In this document: in pieces, positions 15,001-36,230 of the stretch
How positions within the stretch are numbered: the stretch's first letter is position 1
How the letters are laid out: every line of letters starts with the position of its first letter
Assembly (NCBI RefSeq): GCF_009914755.1
Contig: NC_060927.1
Direction: 5' to 3' (one strand)
DNA length: 64,000 nt
Source: the human T2T-CHM13v2.0 reference genome, Homo sapiens
The notes under the pieces: model-generated
What the model saw: only the letters and a program-made list of their open reading frames with translations
Told to the model about the DNA's origin: nothing
Databases searched by the model: none
Position numbers and translations under genes: made by a program

Positions 15001-15213
15001 AATAAAAACAATTGAACACATGGAGATAGTAGAAGGATGGTTATCAGAGGCTGGGAAGGGTAGCAGGAGAATGATGGGGGGAGGTGGGGATGGTTAATGG
15101 GTGCAAAAAAAAAGAATGAATGAATGAGTAAGACCTGGTATTGAAGAGCACAACAGGGTGACTATAGGCAATAATAATTTGATTGTACATTTGAAAATAA
15201 CTAAAAGAGCATA

Positions 15214-15683
<470 letters not shown>

Positions 15684-15845
15684 TTATTAAAGATGTAATT
15701 GGAAACATTGGTTACATAGCCAAGGCTTTGACTATAATGTTATATTTGAAAATGATACATAGATTCAGATATGACTAGACAGTTTTAAGAAATCAAGGCT
15801 GACTATATGGAGCCTACAAAAACTCTCTTAGGAAAACCTGGCTTG

Positions 15846-16304
<459 letters not shown>

Positions 16305-17210
16305 ACAGACTACTTGTCTCAGTACCTGGCTTACAGTGTTTCCAGCCATACAATTGAGCAAGGAAGACCACTTCCCAGCAGACCCAGGAAATTTTGGGGA
16401 CCTCAAGAAGAGGAATTAACCCAAATCTATAGGTATTGCCAGTAAAATCTGGTGGTGAGTTCCTGGCTTGGCTGTCTGGTCTTGAGAAGCATTTTAAAAG
16501 TCTTATCTGAGATTCGTCATGGAGATGTCCAGCAAAGAAAACTTCAAAAGGTCTGTGTGATCAGTTACCATTCTCATTGCACTTATCTAAATAATCAGGC
16601 CAAATCTAATAAGATTTGACTTATTTCACAAGCAAGAATAATCTTAGTTTGGTTATCTTTAATCAGAAATGGGGCTGATCATAGAGAACGTTTTGTGTTG
16701 CAGTGAAAAACTATAGCACACCCTTGTGGGTTATCAGATTCTGGTCTTGTTTATTGCCTTGGAGGTTTTGTTATTCACCTGTAACTGGATTCTGCTGTCA
16801 TGCATATTTGACATTCTTTCATCCACATCTTCTACCATCTACACTGAGAAATAACCATGACTGTGGCCCTCATGTCTATGCCATCACCAAAGACATTCAC
16901 ACTGCAAACCAGGAAACCTGTCAGCTTGCCACTGCCGTCCTCACTCCACCGTCTAAAGATGTCTCGAGTCTAACGTGTAGCAATCTTGGCTGCCCTCTGG
17001 ACTCAGAAACTGGGTTTATTGTCTGCTCCAACCACTCATCTTTGTACTGCTTTTTATTTTCATAGAAATTTCCCTCATTAAATATTCTCTCCTATCTAAT
17101 CTCTACACATGCTTCAGATAGTCCTTAATGAATAAAGGCAACTGAACAAGCAACAGACTTATATTGTTCAGAGGAAAGAAAGATGTTCTTTCCTTGCACA
17201 AGAGGAAGGA

Positions 17211-17350
17211 TGGACAAAAACTCTCAAAACTCTCTCCTTATTCAGACCTCAGTGAAGTGCCTCTGAGCTCTCTTCTCAACTAGGCCTCAACCTTGGGCCT
17301 CAGTTTCTGCAAGAATCCTGGTAAAGTGGTTTAGCTATAATCCCCCACTC
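17211..17350 (+). mobile_element. MER31-type 3' LTR (3'-truncated)
   Basis: ctctgagctctcttctcaactaggcctcaaccttgg..gcaagaatcctgg..aatccccca; similar to 7639-7710; follows a PPT. Confidence 0.72.
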
Positions 17351-18035
17351 TTTTCTCTGGACCCAACACGTCAGGCTGGAGGGGCACTCTTTGCCACTGG
17401 CCTCTGGAGATGCCAAGGCAGCAGGTCATTGGAATGAGAGGTAGCCCAGCTCATTGAAGCCTGAGTTTCCCTTGAGATTCCATCCCCTGCAGGAGGAGCC
17501 AGAATAGGGTGGATAAAATCAGATTAACGCAGATCACAGGGCTGTGCCTGCTTTGTGGAATTAAATACTTTCTCCAGATCTGTCACTCCCATTTGCGGGG
17601 TTAGGAGGAAGAGCCGTGGGGAGCCCTGGGACTCCTCTTTTCCCAGACTTTGTACTAACTGGTTGTATGACCTACAGGCAGGCCCTTTAGGCACAGAGTG
17701 TTGGGAAATATGATCTCTTAGATTCCTCCAAATCATTCTCCGTGGGGCTTTGTCGCCCCCCTGCTGCCTTCCTCACCAGCCTCATCAAAGGTTTGTACCA
17801 TTTGTTGTTCCTCAGACTCATTCCCTGTGGCTCTCTCACCTACTGCTCCAGCTGGGCCCTTGCATGATGTGACACCACATTTTATAAGGTGCAAAGTTTC
17901 TATAGTCAACCAGTTGGCAGGAGGGAGGCAGTTATTACATTTGTTTCCTCCTTCTCCTGCACTTTGCTCAAAATGCCTCTTTTAATTTTTTTTCTTCCCA
18001 GTTTTTCAGATTTTACTTAAAATTTGTTTGATTGT

Positions 18036-18441
<406 letters not shown>

Positions 18442-18499
18442 TTAGAACTCATATAATAGGTTTCAGTTTTAAAAAGCTGATTGACTACAGTTGTTCTTT

Positions 18500-20050
<1,551 letters not shown>

Positions 20051-20454
20051 ATTGACAAAAAGAACACTGCTAAGGATTAAGACAGGTTGCTTGAAATCAA
20101 TGAGTAGCAATAAAAGATTCCATAGGCTTCCTACGGCATACAGTAAGAACTCAAAAAGTGTGAACAACTATTATTGTCATATAACAATTAGTGGAGAAGC
20201 CAGCAGACTTTGCAAGATCATTGCCCATCCATGACTGGCCTTTGTCTATAACTGGCAGGATTTCTCATGTGTCAGCTGCAGTATTTAGATTTGGTTGGAG
20301 AGCTGGGCAGTGTGGCTCAGCTGAAGTCAAGAGAAACCCCGAACTTGGGGAAAATAACTTTGCGGTGAAGAACATTAGCCAAGTGATCAAAGTTAGTGAC
20401 CCCCGTGATATCATGTGGCTATCTTCTGAAAGTTTAAGATTATTCTAAATTAAA

Positions 20455-21800
<1,346 letters not shown>

Positions 21801-23349
21801 AAAAAACAACTTATCAAGGATCCCTTATCCATGCACCCACCTGGTGATTTCTTTAAAACAAAATTGTAACCAGCCATGTCCTGGAGCAGACACGGTCCTT
21901 TATTTTACTATGTGATAAAGGAGGTAGTGCTTCTTTTGTAAATTCGAGCTCTTGCTCTGAGGAGGGATCCTTGACATTCTGAGAACTGTTAAATACGTAT
22001 ACATGCCTCGTTTCTAAACCTGAAATCATTTAACAGATTTGGTTATTGTCTGCTCCATTAATTGTGCTATTCTCCCATTGCAGACCAGTAAGCCAGGGCT
22101 GAGGGGATCTAAAGCTCCTCCCAGCATCACACAACTGAGAGCTCTCCCAGACACATCCCCTGGGAGCTAGTAGATAGACTGGAATAAAAATTCTGAGCCT
22201 TCACAGTCTCCCAAGCCAATCTTTTCATCCTACTATAGTGTAAGCTTCCATGCAAAGCCACCCTCCCCTCCACTGTTCTCTGGAGCAGAGCAGGTCTACA
22301 GGGTCAGGCTGCCTGGCTAGGCCCCTCTGTGAATGCCCCTTGATTAGAGAACCACTATTATTCTCCTCCTCATAGTCCATGGAAAATAAATACAGGAAAG
22401 TCAGCAAACTTTCAAGAATGATGATGCTGGCTGTTTTCAGGTCCCAGTCATCCCTGCAGCCTGGCCGTGCCTTCTGTAAGCCTGTTTCATCATAAGCTCT
22501 CTGCCAGCAAAACTCCTGCAATAGAAAACCATCTGGAGAAGAGCCAGGCAAAGGCCTTGATATCGGTGTTCTGGGCGCTGGGATTGATCATGCAGAGACC
22601 AGTGCAGCACCTAAACAGGGACCATTTCCTCCAGCCTGCCCACAGCTGCTGCCCTCGGGGCTTGCTCTGACACCCAATTTTTAAAAGCAGGCTCTTAGAA
22701 TAATAAAACCAGAGAATCTTTGAATACAGAACCATTGACTGTTAGAATCATAAACTATTGAGAGAAGAACCATGAAATTCTAGAATCTTGGCGTTGGAAG
22801 TTACCTCCCAGGTAAATGGGTTCTGTCTCCCCACCTAAGCAACAGGTATTTCTTCTGAGGAAACTGGGTGCAGCAATGATGTGGCCACAACACCTTGTAG
22901 ATGTGGGAAGATGTCCACGGTGGCCACAGTAAGAAGCCTTTTTGTGGTCTCTACCTTCTGAAATAGTACATGACGCAAGAAAATGTCCATGCTTGTCACG
23001 ACAAAAACTACTATTCCCTGGAAGTCTGTGGTACTTTTGAACTCTCTTAAAACTTTACCCTCCTTGAAGAAGGTTTCAGGAGAAAGAGGAGGCCCTGGAA
23101 ACTCTTGATAATGCCCTCAGCACTGCTTCCAAGGAGCGCCAGTCATATAGACCATCCCTGAGAGAAACAAGAGAAAACGGGAAATTCTGACTTCTCTCTA
23201 CTTCAGAACTATGAGCTATTTTAGTTGGCATTTTTGCCCCCATCCAACTTTTTTTGGCTTCGCTATCTAAAACAAATAAATAAAACAGCTGATGCTGTGA
23301 ACTGTAAAGAATCTGAGCTAATTTGGTCCTCCCCTTTCTCCCATCCATT

Positions 23350-23760
23350 GCAGACTTCGGCCATAGCGCGTGAGCATTAGAAAACAACTTGTCGCCCACT
23401 CAACTCTCTTTCTCATTCCTAAAGGAAAATATTTATATTACGCCACAGAACGGGTTTCCATGACAGTGACGACTGTAACACTGTTGCCTTAGCAACCACT
23501 TGAGTCCATCTTGAATGATCTGAATCCCCTTCACAGACAAATAAGGAAAATCTGTCAAAAGTGCCATTCCGCTGGTGGGAAGTCCTGGAAGACGGTTTTC
23601 TCGCGCCCTCGTTCTCCCTCCAGGTCCGTCCCCCCAGTCCCCCAGTACATCTCCCCTAACGCTCACTCGGGAACTTTCCATATTTGCTACTCTTTCAAGA
23701 GCTTGCCCTCGCCCTTCTCCTAGTGATTAGACCCTAATCCACCATGGAGACGCTGCCCAG
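23350..23760. promoter_or_regulatory. Candidate promoter/enhancer (RFX X-box, NF-kB-like site, retained CpGs)
   Basis: gttgccttagcaac at 23483-23496; gggaactttcc at 23669-23679; locally elevated CpG in unique sequence. Motif inference only. Confidence 0.4.
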
Positions 23761-23964
23761 AGCTCTGCAAAGGGTTAAGGACTGGCAGGCAGAGCCGTGC
23801 CAAAGACAACAAGAGACAGAATAAATACACAGATCATCCTTTTTATAGGGCCTTGCTCTTGCCCCTGGAGACTGGGTGCACGTTTTTCTCTATCAGTCCA
23901 GAGCAACTCTGAGGGGAGAGTTTTATAGGAAAGACCAGTCCTCCTTGAGGTTCAGCTCTCAGTC

Positions 23965-24064
23965 ACAACAAGTGGGCAGGTTGCCTCTCGGGCCTCAGTT
24001 TCCTCATCTGTACGATAAAGGGGTTGAGTGGAGGGTCCTTCTGGCTCTTACACTCTAGGAATTT
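23965..24064 (+). mobile_element. MIR (MIR3/MIRc-like) fragment
   Basis: gggcctcagtttcctcatctgta..gggttg..ggtccttctggctct. Confidence 0.7.
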
Positions 24065-24088
24065 GGGGGAATCAAGAATGTATCATCT

Positions 24089-24392
24089 GGCCGGGCGCGG
24101 TGGCTCACGCCTGTAATTCCAGCCCTTTGGGAGGCCGAGGTGGATGGATCACTTGAGATCAGGAATTCCAGACTAGCCTGGCCAACATGGTGAAACCCCG
24201 ACTCTACTAAAAATACAAAAATTAGCAAGGCATGGTGGTGGATGCCTGTAATCCCAGCTATGTGGGCAGCTGAGGCAGGAGGATCGCTTGAACCCGGGAG
24301 GCAGAAGTTGAGAGGTTGCAGTGAGCTGAGATTGAGCCACTGCACTCCAGCCTGGGCAACAAAGCAAGATTCTGTCTCAAAAAAAAAAAAAA
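24089..24392 (+). mobile_element. AluS (Sx/Sz)
   Basis: Full dimer; perfect TSD aagaatgtatcatct; 8-bp internal duplication agaagttg/agaggttg. Confidence 0.95.
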
Positions 24393-25326
24393 AAGAATGT
24401 ATCATCTTCTTTCTCCCAAAGTCATCAGATTTCTTGTAGCATGCCTACAGAGAACTCAGATAGGACATCAGGACAAGTGACATCCTGGAGTGACATGGAG
24501 CACGCCAGCATTCACAGGGAGGTGCATCTTCCCCCATCACACGTGTGGGCACAGGTGAAAAGCACCGTCGGCATCAGCGGCAGTGGTGCTATCAGCACCG
24601 TAAGCACACACTGCAGACCAGGCCACTCCAACTCAACATCTTTTACTGGAGAAGGTGCTCCTGCAGGCTGATTAAATCAATAAATGAGCCCTCTCAGGGA
24701 AGCAGCGACTTTTCTCCTGGAGGAAATGTTTTCAATGCAATTCATATCCATCTCTGGAGTTTTCTTTGCCTCTTTCCTTATTGAAAAACAGCTTGAAAAG
24801 CTAGAAATGCTGACCTGTTTTCTTTCATTCATCTTCCTGCTTCTTACTGACAGGGAGAAAGCTGTTTTAAGAGAGAAAAAGAGCAGTTTAAATCGTTTTT
24901 ATAATTTTACTAGCCGGCAAGAAAATCACTTTGCTGGATTTGTATGGAGACTAGGAGAAATGGAACAAAACATGGGTGGAGGGCCGGGGAGAAAAGAAAA
25001 AGAAGAAGCTGGTGCCACTTTAGGAGGAAGCTGAAATACCTCTTCACCAAAGCCCTTCTTGGAAAGTGTAATATCTACAAAAGTCACTTCAGACCTTTTC
25101 AGACTTCTGACCTAACTGAGAGGCAGGATGGAGTGCAGGAGTTTAGAGTGGGCTTTGGAGTCATACGAAAGTGGGAATGCACTTTGCTCCCACATCCCGT
25201 CTTGCCTGCTGGCCACAGCTGATTAGAGTAGGCAGGAGTAGATCCCTGACCTTAAGACAAACTAAACACGGCCTGACCTGATCTGACCCAAAAGGATTGG
25301 CTGGGTCAGCTGGTTTTCTTTCCTTA

Positions 25327-25660
<334 letters not shown>

Positions 25661-25732
25661 AAGCAAAGGAATTCCCCAGTCATTGGAGGACAGGTCAGGT
25701 CAATAGTGAAAGAACTGAAAAGGCACAACACT

Positions 25733-26064
25733 GGTAGTCATGGAATAAGATTCATCTCATCCAGACCATATCGTGTTCTGCATTTTTGTGAATCTGTTAC
25801 CAATCTTTAAACTTTGGGATATTTTGCATAAAAACCCAGCTCTTTGGCTTCTCTTAAAAAGCCAGAAGCTCTGTAACACAGAGTCAGCATGTCCTGGCTG
25901 CAATCAGCTGGAGCTAGGGCCTGCAGCTGCCCGCTTTTCCTGGGCCATATGTTCTCCCATCCACCAGCCTCCACCCTGCCTTGTTACGCTCACACTCAGC
26001 TTACCTGCCTGCCCCATGTAGGCACTGGTGCATGCCTGTGTAGGTATTGGTGTGTGCAACCCCT
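25733..26064 (+). mobile_element. MER102-like hAT-Charlie element
   Basis: gatattttgcataaaaacccagctctttggcttctcttaaaaagccagaagctctgtaacac..caatcagctggagct matches remembered MER102. Confidence 0.6.
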
Positions 26065-27143
26065 AAATTAGAGGGAAGGCCCCTAGCACCTGCTTCCTGG
26101 AAACTACAATTGCCTTGAATACACAGCTGGAATTACTGAGGCAAACTTTAATATAGTTTCTGGTCCCAGATTTCCCAGAGGCTCCCCTTAATCTTATATG
26201 TGGAGCCTTACAATAAATCCTCTCTACCAAGCTAGCTTGAATGGGTCTTTATCCCTTGCAATAGAACAAGCCCCATGTATACAGGGGTAATTATTAAATT
26301 ACCTCCCTTTCTTTTCCCAGCTCTCTCAGAGGCTGCAGTTTTTACAAGGGGCTGCTGTCTGAGAAGTCTAGGGGAGACTGGCTGATGATTGGGAGATGCA
26401 TTCCTAAGGATTAGCTGGGCACCAGGAACCAAGGTCAGGCTCACTTTGCCAGGGGAGATACAGGAATGAGAGCTGACTCAGAGGCCAACAGCTTGTGAAA
26501 AATACCAAAGTAACTCCATAGGTACCTACCTGGGATTCTTTGGAGCCAGGTGTATGCAAGGCACAGACTGGTCCTCTGGACATAGTAAGCCAAGGGTGGT
26601 GTCCAGTAGGACTTTGGGGAAGCTTACCCACATGAGCAATCAGAACCAACCTCAGCCCTAGCCTTTGGAGGCCTCCAGCTGGACTGTAGGAGGAGCCCAA
26701 GGCAGCTGGAGTTCTCCAAAGGACTTGAGGGGCTCTGGACAGAGGTTATTCATCAACTAGTATGAAAGTATATAAATGTGAGCCACTGGTATGGTCCCAC
26801 CTGTGACTGCGGGGCTTTAACTCAAAGAATAATCATTCTTTAAGTAGTCATGATGGATACCGGGCCTCGTGGTCACCAGGTTGCTGTGAGTGCAGCATTG
26901 GTACCTTAATGGGTTAATGCCAGCACAGCCCTGGAAATCTTCCTTTGTTATGTGCACAGGGATCTCCAGAAGCCTGGCTTTGCAAGGATTTGGGTTCAGA
27001 GATGTGTGTGAGCTCCAGGATATTGCAGTTTCTTATCACTGACTCTCAGGTACTCTGGACATGAGCCATACATCTCAGTAGACAGTGAGGTCTTTATCTT
27101 GTCTACTAGATTCAGACTGGGGTTATTGTGTGGATCAACACAT

Positions 27144-27820
27144 AAGCAAGATGGAGGAATAGGGTTTTCCAGTGCCCATCTACCCACAGAAACATCAATT
27201 TGAACAACTCTCCATGCGTAAAAATGCCCTCAAAGGGTTAAGGAAACCAAGTGAGAGATTATAGCAAGTGGGTTGTAGCACAGAAGTAAGAGGTGTTTAA
27301 GAGGGTAGGGAGGAGAGTTTTACATCATCCAAATTGCCCCTCCCCCCAGTCCAGGCAGCAGAGGGCAGAGAGATACCCTCTATGTCGGGGAGGGAGAGGG
27401 AAGTGAACACCTGACTTTGCCTTGGGGCCTAACACTGGGCCCTCTCAGTAAAACTCAGTACCAGGCAGGACTCCACAGCCCAGCCTCCAGGCCAATACCC
27501 ATGGACTAAGCCTCCAAACCAGCCCTGGTGCCAGGAGGGATCCTGAAGCCCCAGGCTCCGGGCCTGCATAGTGGAATGTCTCTAGGCCCGTCCCACTGCC
27601 AGGCTGACCCCAGTGGCCCCAGACTTTGGGACTACCTAGCACCAGGCCAACCACCACAGACTCAATATCCAGACGCAGTGGCCCTGGACTCTGGACCACC
27701 CTCAGCACTAGGCTGCCTCCCACAGCCCCAGGCTTCAGGCCTGCCCCAGCACCAGGTTGACCCCAGAGCCCTAGTCATCAGGTCTTCACCTATAGACCCA
27801 GTCTCAAGGCTGGCCTTTGT
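27144..27820 (+). mobile_element. 5' UTR of an old L1 (L1M2/L1M3-type) with degenerate internal tandem repeats
   Basis: gcaagatggaggaatagg start; repeated ccagg/cctccagg/gcccc units. Confidence 0.65.
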
Positions 27821-31033
<3,213 letters not shown>

Positions 31034-31110
31034 ACTTTTAATGGGCATAGGGATTACCTTGGGGCCATTTTAAAATGTGGATTCCTGAACACTCCCCTGG
31101 AGATTCTAAG
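31034..31110. mobile_element. MER5-like fragment
   Basis: gattaccttgggg..taaaatgtggattcctga..cccctggagattct. Confidence 0.5.
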
Positions 31111-31184
31111 CTGAAACCGACATGACCCCTAGGCCAGTGAAAAGCATGAGGAAGAGGACAGAGTACCGGGAGAGTCCCTGAAAG

Positions 31185-31312
31185 ACTTGGAATCTGGAGC
31201 TTGCTGGGTGAACAAATTGTGTGACTTGGACAAATTCCTTCACTTCCCTCTTGTTATATAAGGAAGTTGGATGGGATAACCCCAGCGAACCCTCCAGTTC
31301 TGACATCCCAGG
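31185..31312 (+). mobile_element. MIR fragment
   Basis: tgtgtgacttggacaaattccttcacttc..ccctccagttctgacat. Confidence 0.55.
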
Positions 31313-31789
31313 GTTGTGCCATTTGACAAGTTCCATATACTCAGAACCCTTGGTTTGGCTGAGAATACAGATGAAAAGTGTCTGAGGGCATTGGCCACAT
31401 TTACACCCCCTAGCACAGGGTTCACTAGACAATATTCTCTCCTGCAGAAGGGCATGGAGATGAGTCCCTGGCCCAGTCAGAACACCTCATGCCAACTGGC
31501 GCTTTTCCAACATGTATGCCCTCCCCAGAGGCTCTGAGAACAGAGTGCAGTCTAGGGGCCTGTCTAAATGGGTTGGGCTCTTCAGACTGAAGTGCCATAT
31601 TTCTTCTTTCTCCCATTGGCATGCCTTATTTCTGAGGATGCTCATTTATACACCTGGGAGAGGATCAGCCCATAGATATAAAATACAGGATTTTTCAAGG
31701 GATGAGAAAAGACAGGGTCCTGAGGAAATCAGCTCTGGGCTGGAGAGGTGGAGCATTTCTCTCTTTCCCCTCTGAGCCTCAAGGCACCA

Positions 31790-32009
31790 TGGAGAGGAGA
31801 AAGGCTTTGGGGTCAGATTGAATTCCAATCCTGACTCTGCCACTTACTACTGGGGGTAATCCAAGTAACTTAACTGCTCTGAGTCTCTGTGTTTTCACAT
31901 CTGAAAAAAATGAAGTGGCAATAATCAAGTTTATCTGCAGGGTTGCAGTGAGAATTAAATCTGATTACATACATAAAGGTGGCTGGCACTTAGAAGGGGC
32001 TCAGTAATC
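31790..32009 (+). mobile_element. MIR (MIRb-like)
   Basis: ggctttggggtcaga..aatcctgactctgccacttact..cagggttgcagtgagaattaaat. Confidence 0.8.
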
Positions 32010-32733
32010 CTCACCCCTCACTTCACCGCCTCGAGCTCTTTCTTGCTGCCATCCTTTGCCTGGGGGAGGGTGTCTGTACCTAGTCCCTGCAGGCTTAGGA
32101 GTCATCAAGATAGAACAGGGGTTGGGGGAGGACTCCTTCCTTCTTTAGTATTATTGAAGGATATTCAAAAGAAACATTTACACCAAAAGTGACTCTGAGG
32201 AAACAAAGGGAAATGAACAAAGCAAATATAAATCCATAAAATGAAATGCAGATTACAGCTTCTACAAGAGCCTCTGATAAACTCCCCACAGTGCCCAGAA
32301 ACAATGGGGCCAACTGGAGCTGGGAGCCTGTTCCCAGCTGAAAATTGAAGCCCTGTCTCTGCAGTGGAGCCTCCTCTGCCTCTGGATTGTTTTCTCAGCC
32401 TAAGGAAGGTGGGAGGTGCCGAGAGTTGGAGGCACAGAGAGCACTCCAACTTGTCCGTCAGCTTTGCAGCTCCTCTGTGGCTCCTGCCCAATGCACATTC
32501 CCCCCTTCAGTCATCTCTACCCCACTGAGGTCCTCTACAAAGAATAAAACCACAGCCCTGCCTTTGCAGAGCTGCACGAGGCTGCACAGAGCCTGTCACC
32601 ACTCTGGGCTCAGAGGAGACTTGCTCCTACTTGGGTGGGTGTTGGACAAATAGCAGGAGTTAAGAGGCTACCACTGCTGTCTTTTCTGCATCTGAGCCAG
32701 GTCCTACAGCATGGGCTTCTGGGGATGTCAAAG

Positions 32734-33370
32734 TGTTATCGGAAAGGGATCCTGATCCAGACCCCAAGAAATAGTTCTTGGATCTTCCTTGTACAAGAAA
32801 GAATTCGGGGGAAGTCTACAGAGTAAAGTGAAAGCAAGGTTATTAGACAAGTAAAGAAACAAAAGAATGGCTACTCCATAGTCAGAGCAGCCTTGAGGAC
32901 TGCTGAGTGGCTCTTTCTATGGTTATTTCTTGATCGTATGCTAAGTAAGGGGTGGATCATTCATGAGTTTCCCGGCGAAAGGGGAAAGGAGTTCCCAGAA
33001 CTGAGGATTCCTCTTCCTTTTAGATCATATAAAGTAATTGCTGGACATTGCCGTGGCATTTATAAACTGTCATGGCACAGGTGGGAGTGAATCTTAGTAT
33101 GCTGATGCATTATAATTAGTGTATAATGAGCAGTGAGGATGATCAGAGGTCACTTTTGTCACTATCTTGGTTTTGGTAGCTTTTGGCTGGCTTCTTTACT
33201 GTATCCTGCTTTATCAGCAGGGTGTTTGTGACCTGCAGCTTGTGCCAACCTCTTGTCTCATCTGTGACTAAGGATGCTTACCCTCCTGGGGCTGCAGCCC
33301 AGCAGGTCCCAGCCTTATTTTACCCAGCACTTACTCAAGATGAGTTGCTCTGGTTCGAATGTCTTTGACA
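32734..33370 (-). mobile_element. MER41B solo LTR (ERV1), full length
   Basis: Minus strand runs TGTCAAAGACATTCGAACCAGAGCAACTC.. to ..GGATCAGGATCCCTTTCCGATAACA, matching both MER41 termini; GAS-containing segment at 32965-33000. Confidence 0.92.
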
Positions 33371-33744
33371 AAGGGACAGAGAACAAAATTAGTGGGATCC
33401 AATCCTGGAATCTCACAGCTCACAGCCTACCACCCATACTCAGCCCTGGGAGAAGTGGGGGGCTTGGAAGGAAAGCACTGAACAGCTGGTATGTCAAGGG
33501 AGGGCCAAATCAAACAATAGCCATTGCCTGAGCTTGGGACAACCAAACTGAGCCCTGACCCATAGCTCCCTAGGACTGGAGGAAGAGTGAGACCCTCAAT
33601 ATCTAAAAACTTCCAGAGCAGACAAGCAGGAGTAACACCACAATGCAGGCTGCCTTTACTGACACAGTAAAGGTTAATAAACCCTCCTGGGCTGAGGCCT
33701 GAGGAGGGTGGCCAGGATCTGCTCAAGGATCTGGAAAAATTGCC

Positions 33745-33960
33745 AGTTAATGATTTAAGAAGCTGAGGGTGCTTAGTAGGGAAAGAAAAGCTTTAAGGAC
33801 ACCTGGGTTTATAGATGTGAGGGTTCATCTGCGGAAAAGGAATTTGCCATAATTAGGGGATGCGTTTAGGCAGAACTAGAGTCAGAGGGTAGAAGTCACA
33901 GGAAGAATTTCCATCACTGGGAGTGGCCAGCCATGGAGCAAGCACGGGATTGAGGTCTTT
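33745..33960 (+). mobile_element. L3/CR1 fragment
   Basis: aagaagctgagggtgcttagtagggaaagaaaag..aggcagaactagagtcagagggtagaagtcacagga. Confidence 0.45.
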
Positions 33961-34268
33961 AGAAGGATGACCTGTTTGGATTTGAAACAACAATGCCCCA
34001 AGTGAGATATGTTGGTGGATGTTTTACCGGTTATGGAGCCAACAAGGGACCCAGTGAGCCCTCTTCAATATTTTGAGCAGGCTAATGATGCATAGGGATG
34101 GTTTAAACACATATGTGTAGGCTTTCCAAACAGAACACAAAAACCATCGGCTCAGCGAGTCACCATGCAGATCCCTCCCCCATGAACAGCGCCAACTCTG
34201 GGTTTTCAGAGCTTGCCAAAATGGCTGTAGCTCTCAGCTTATAGGTATCTCTGGTCAATGCCTGATAA

Positions 34269-34712
<444 letters not shown>

Positions 34713-35432
34713 TCCTTCCTTTTTTGAGTCAGGCTCTAGTTCAGTGGGCCCAGCTGCTTGTGCAACCCACCCTCATCCTGTCTGGATTCATACTGTTTAT
34801 TGTCCCCTGTTGGAAAGCCTAATAATGTACAAATAGAAGGGAGTCCCACAAAGCAACCAGTCTAAATGGCTGCTACTGCCCGCTTCCTCATCATTGCTTT
34901 CTCTCGGCTCTTGGCTGGGGCTTGCTCTCTTATCCTTCAGAAAATTAGCCCTGAACTCAACCCCCAGAACTGTTGTATCTTTCCATAATCCCAAACGAAA
35001 ACGTCTCCTATCAGGTTGGATTTTAGACCAGATATAGGGAGAAAGACGCTGTTTCTACATCAGAAACAACAACTAATAGGAAGAACTAACCATTTATCAT
35101 ACTCAGAGGTCTACATCCTTATCTCATTCATCCCTCGCAACAATGCTTTTATGGGAAACATTCCTCTGGCCCTTTGTAGCAGGATATGAAACTTCCATTT
35201 GTTTTGTAAGACACCTCAATTTGTGTGCACCTTTTCTTTGCTCCATTGAACGTTATCATCTGGCTTTCCCCAGGATGAGATCAAACATTTTCTGAACCCT
35301 CCAGAGAGGAGAGATAAGATAGCTATCCTCTGTGAATACTAACTCTTTGTGCCTTCAAAGATGAAAGATTCTGATGTTTTTCTTTTATTAAATAATTACG
35401 AATTATTTGAGCTCCAGTTTTTATGGACGGGG

Positions 35433-35435
<3 letters not shown>

Positions 35436-35470
<35 letters not shown>
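35436..35470. repeat. (TG)17 microsatellite
   Basis: Perfect TG run. Confidence 0.97.
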
Positions 35471-35472
<2 letters not shown>

Positions 35473-35519
35473 TTTCACTTTGGCTATCCAGCATTCTTTT
35501 CTTAATTGAAAATATCCTA

Positions 35520-36230
<711 letters not shown>

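Noticed and set aside
17752-17768. CTCF-like GCAGCAGGGGGGCGAC on the minus strand
   Set aside because: An extra G breaks the core spacing, giving a weak match.
27460-27820. Degenerate GC-rich tandem units and a Pro/Gln-rich ORF (27528-27866)
   Set aside because: Explained by the repetitive 5' UTR of an old L1.
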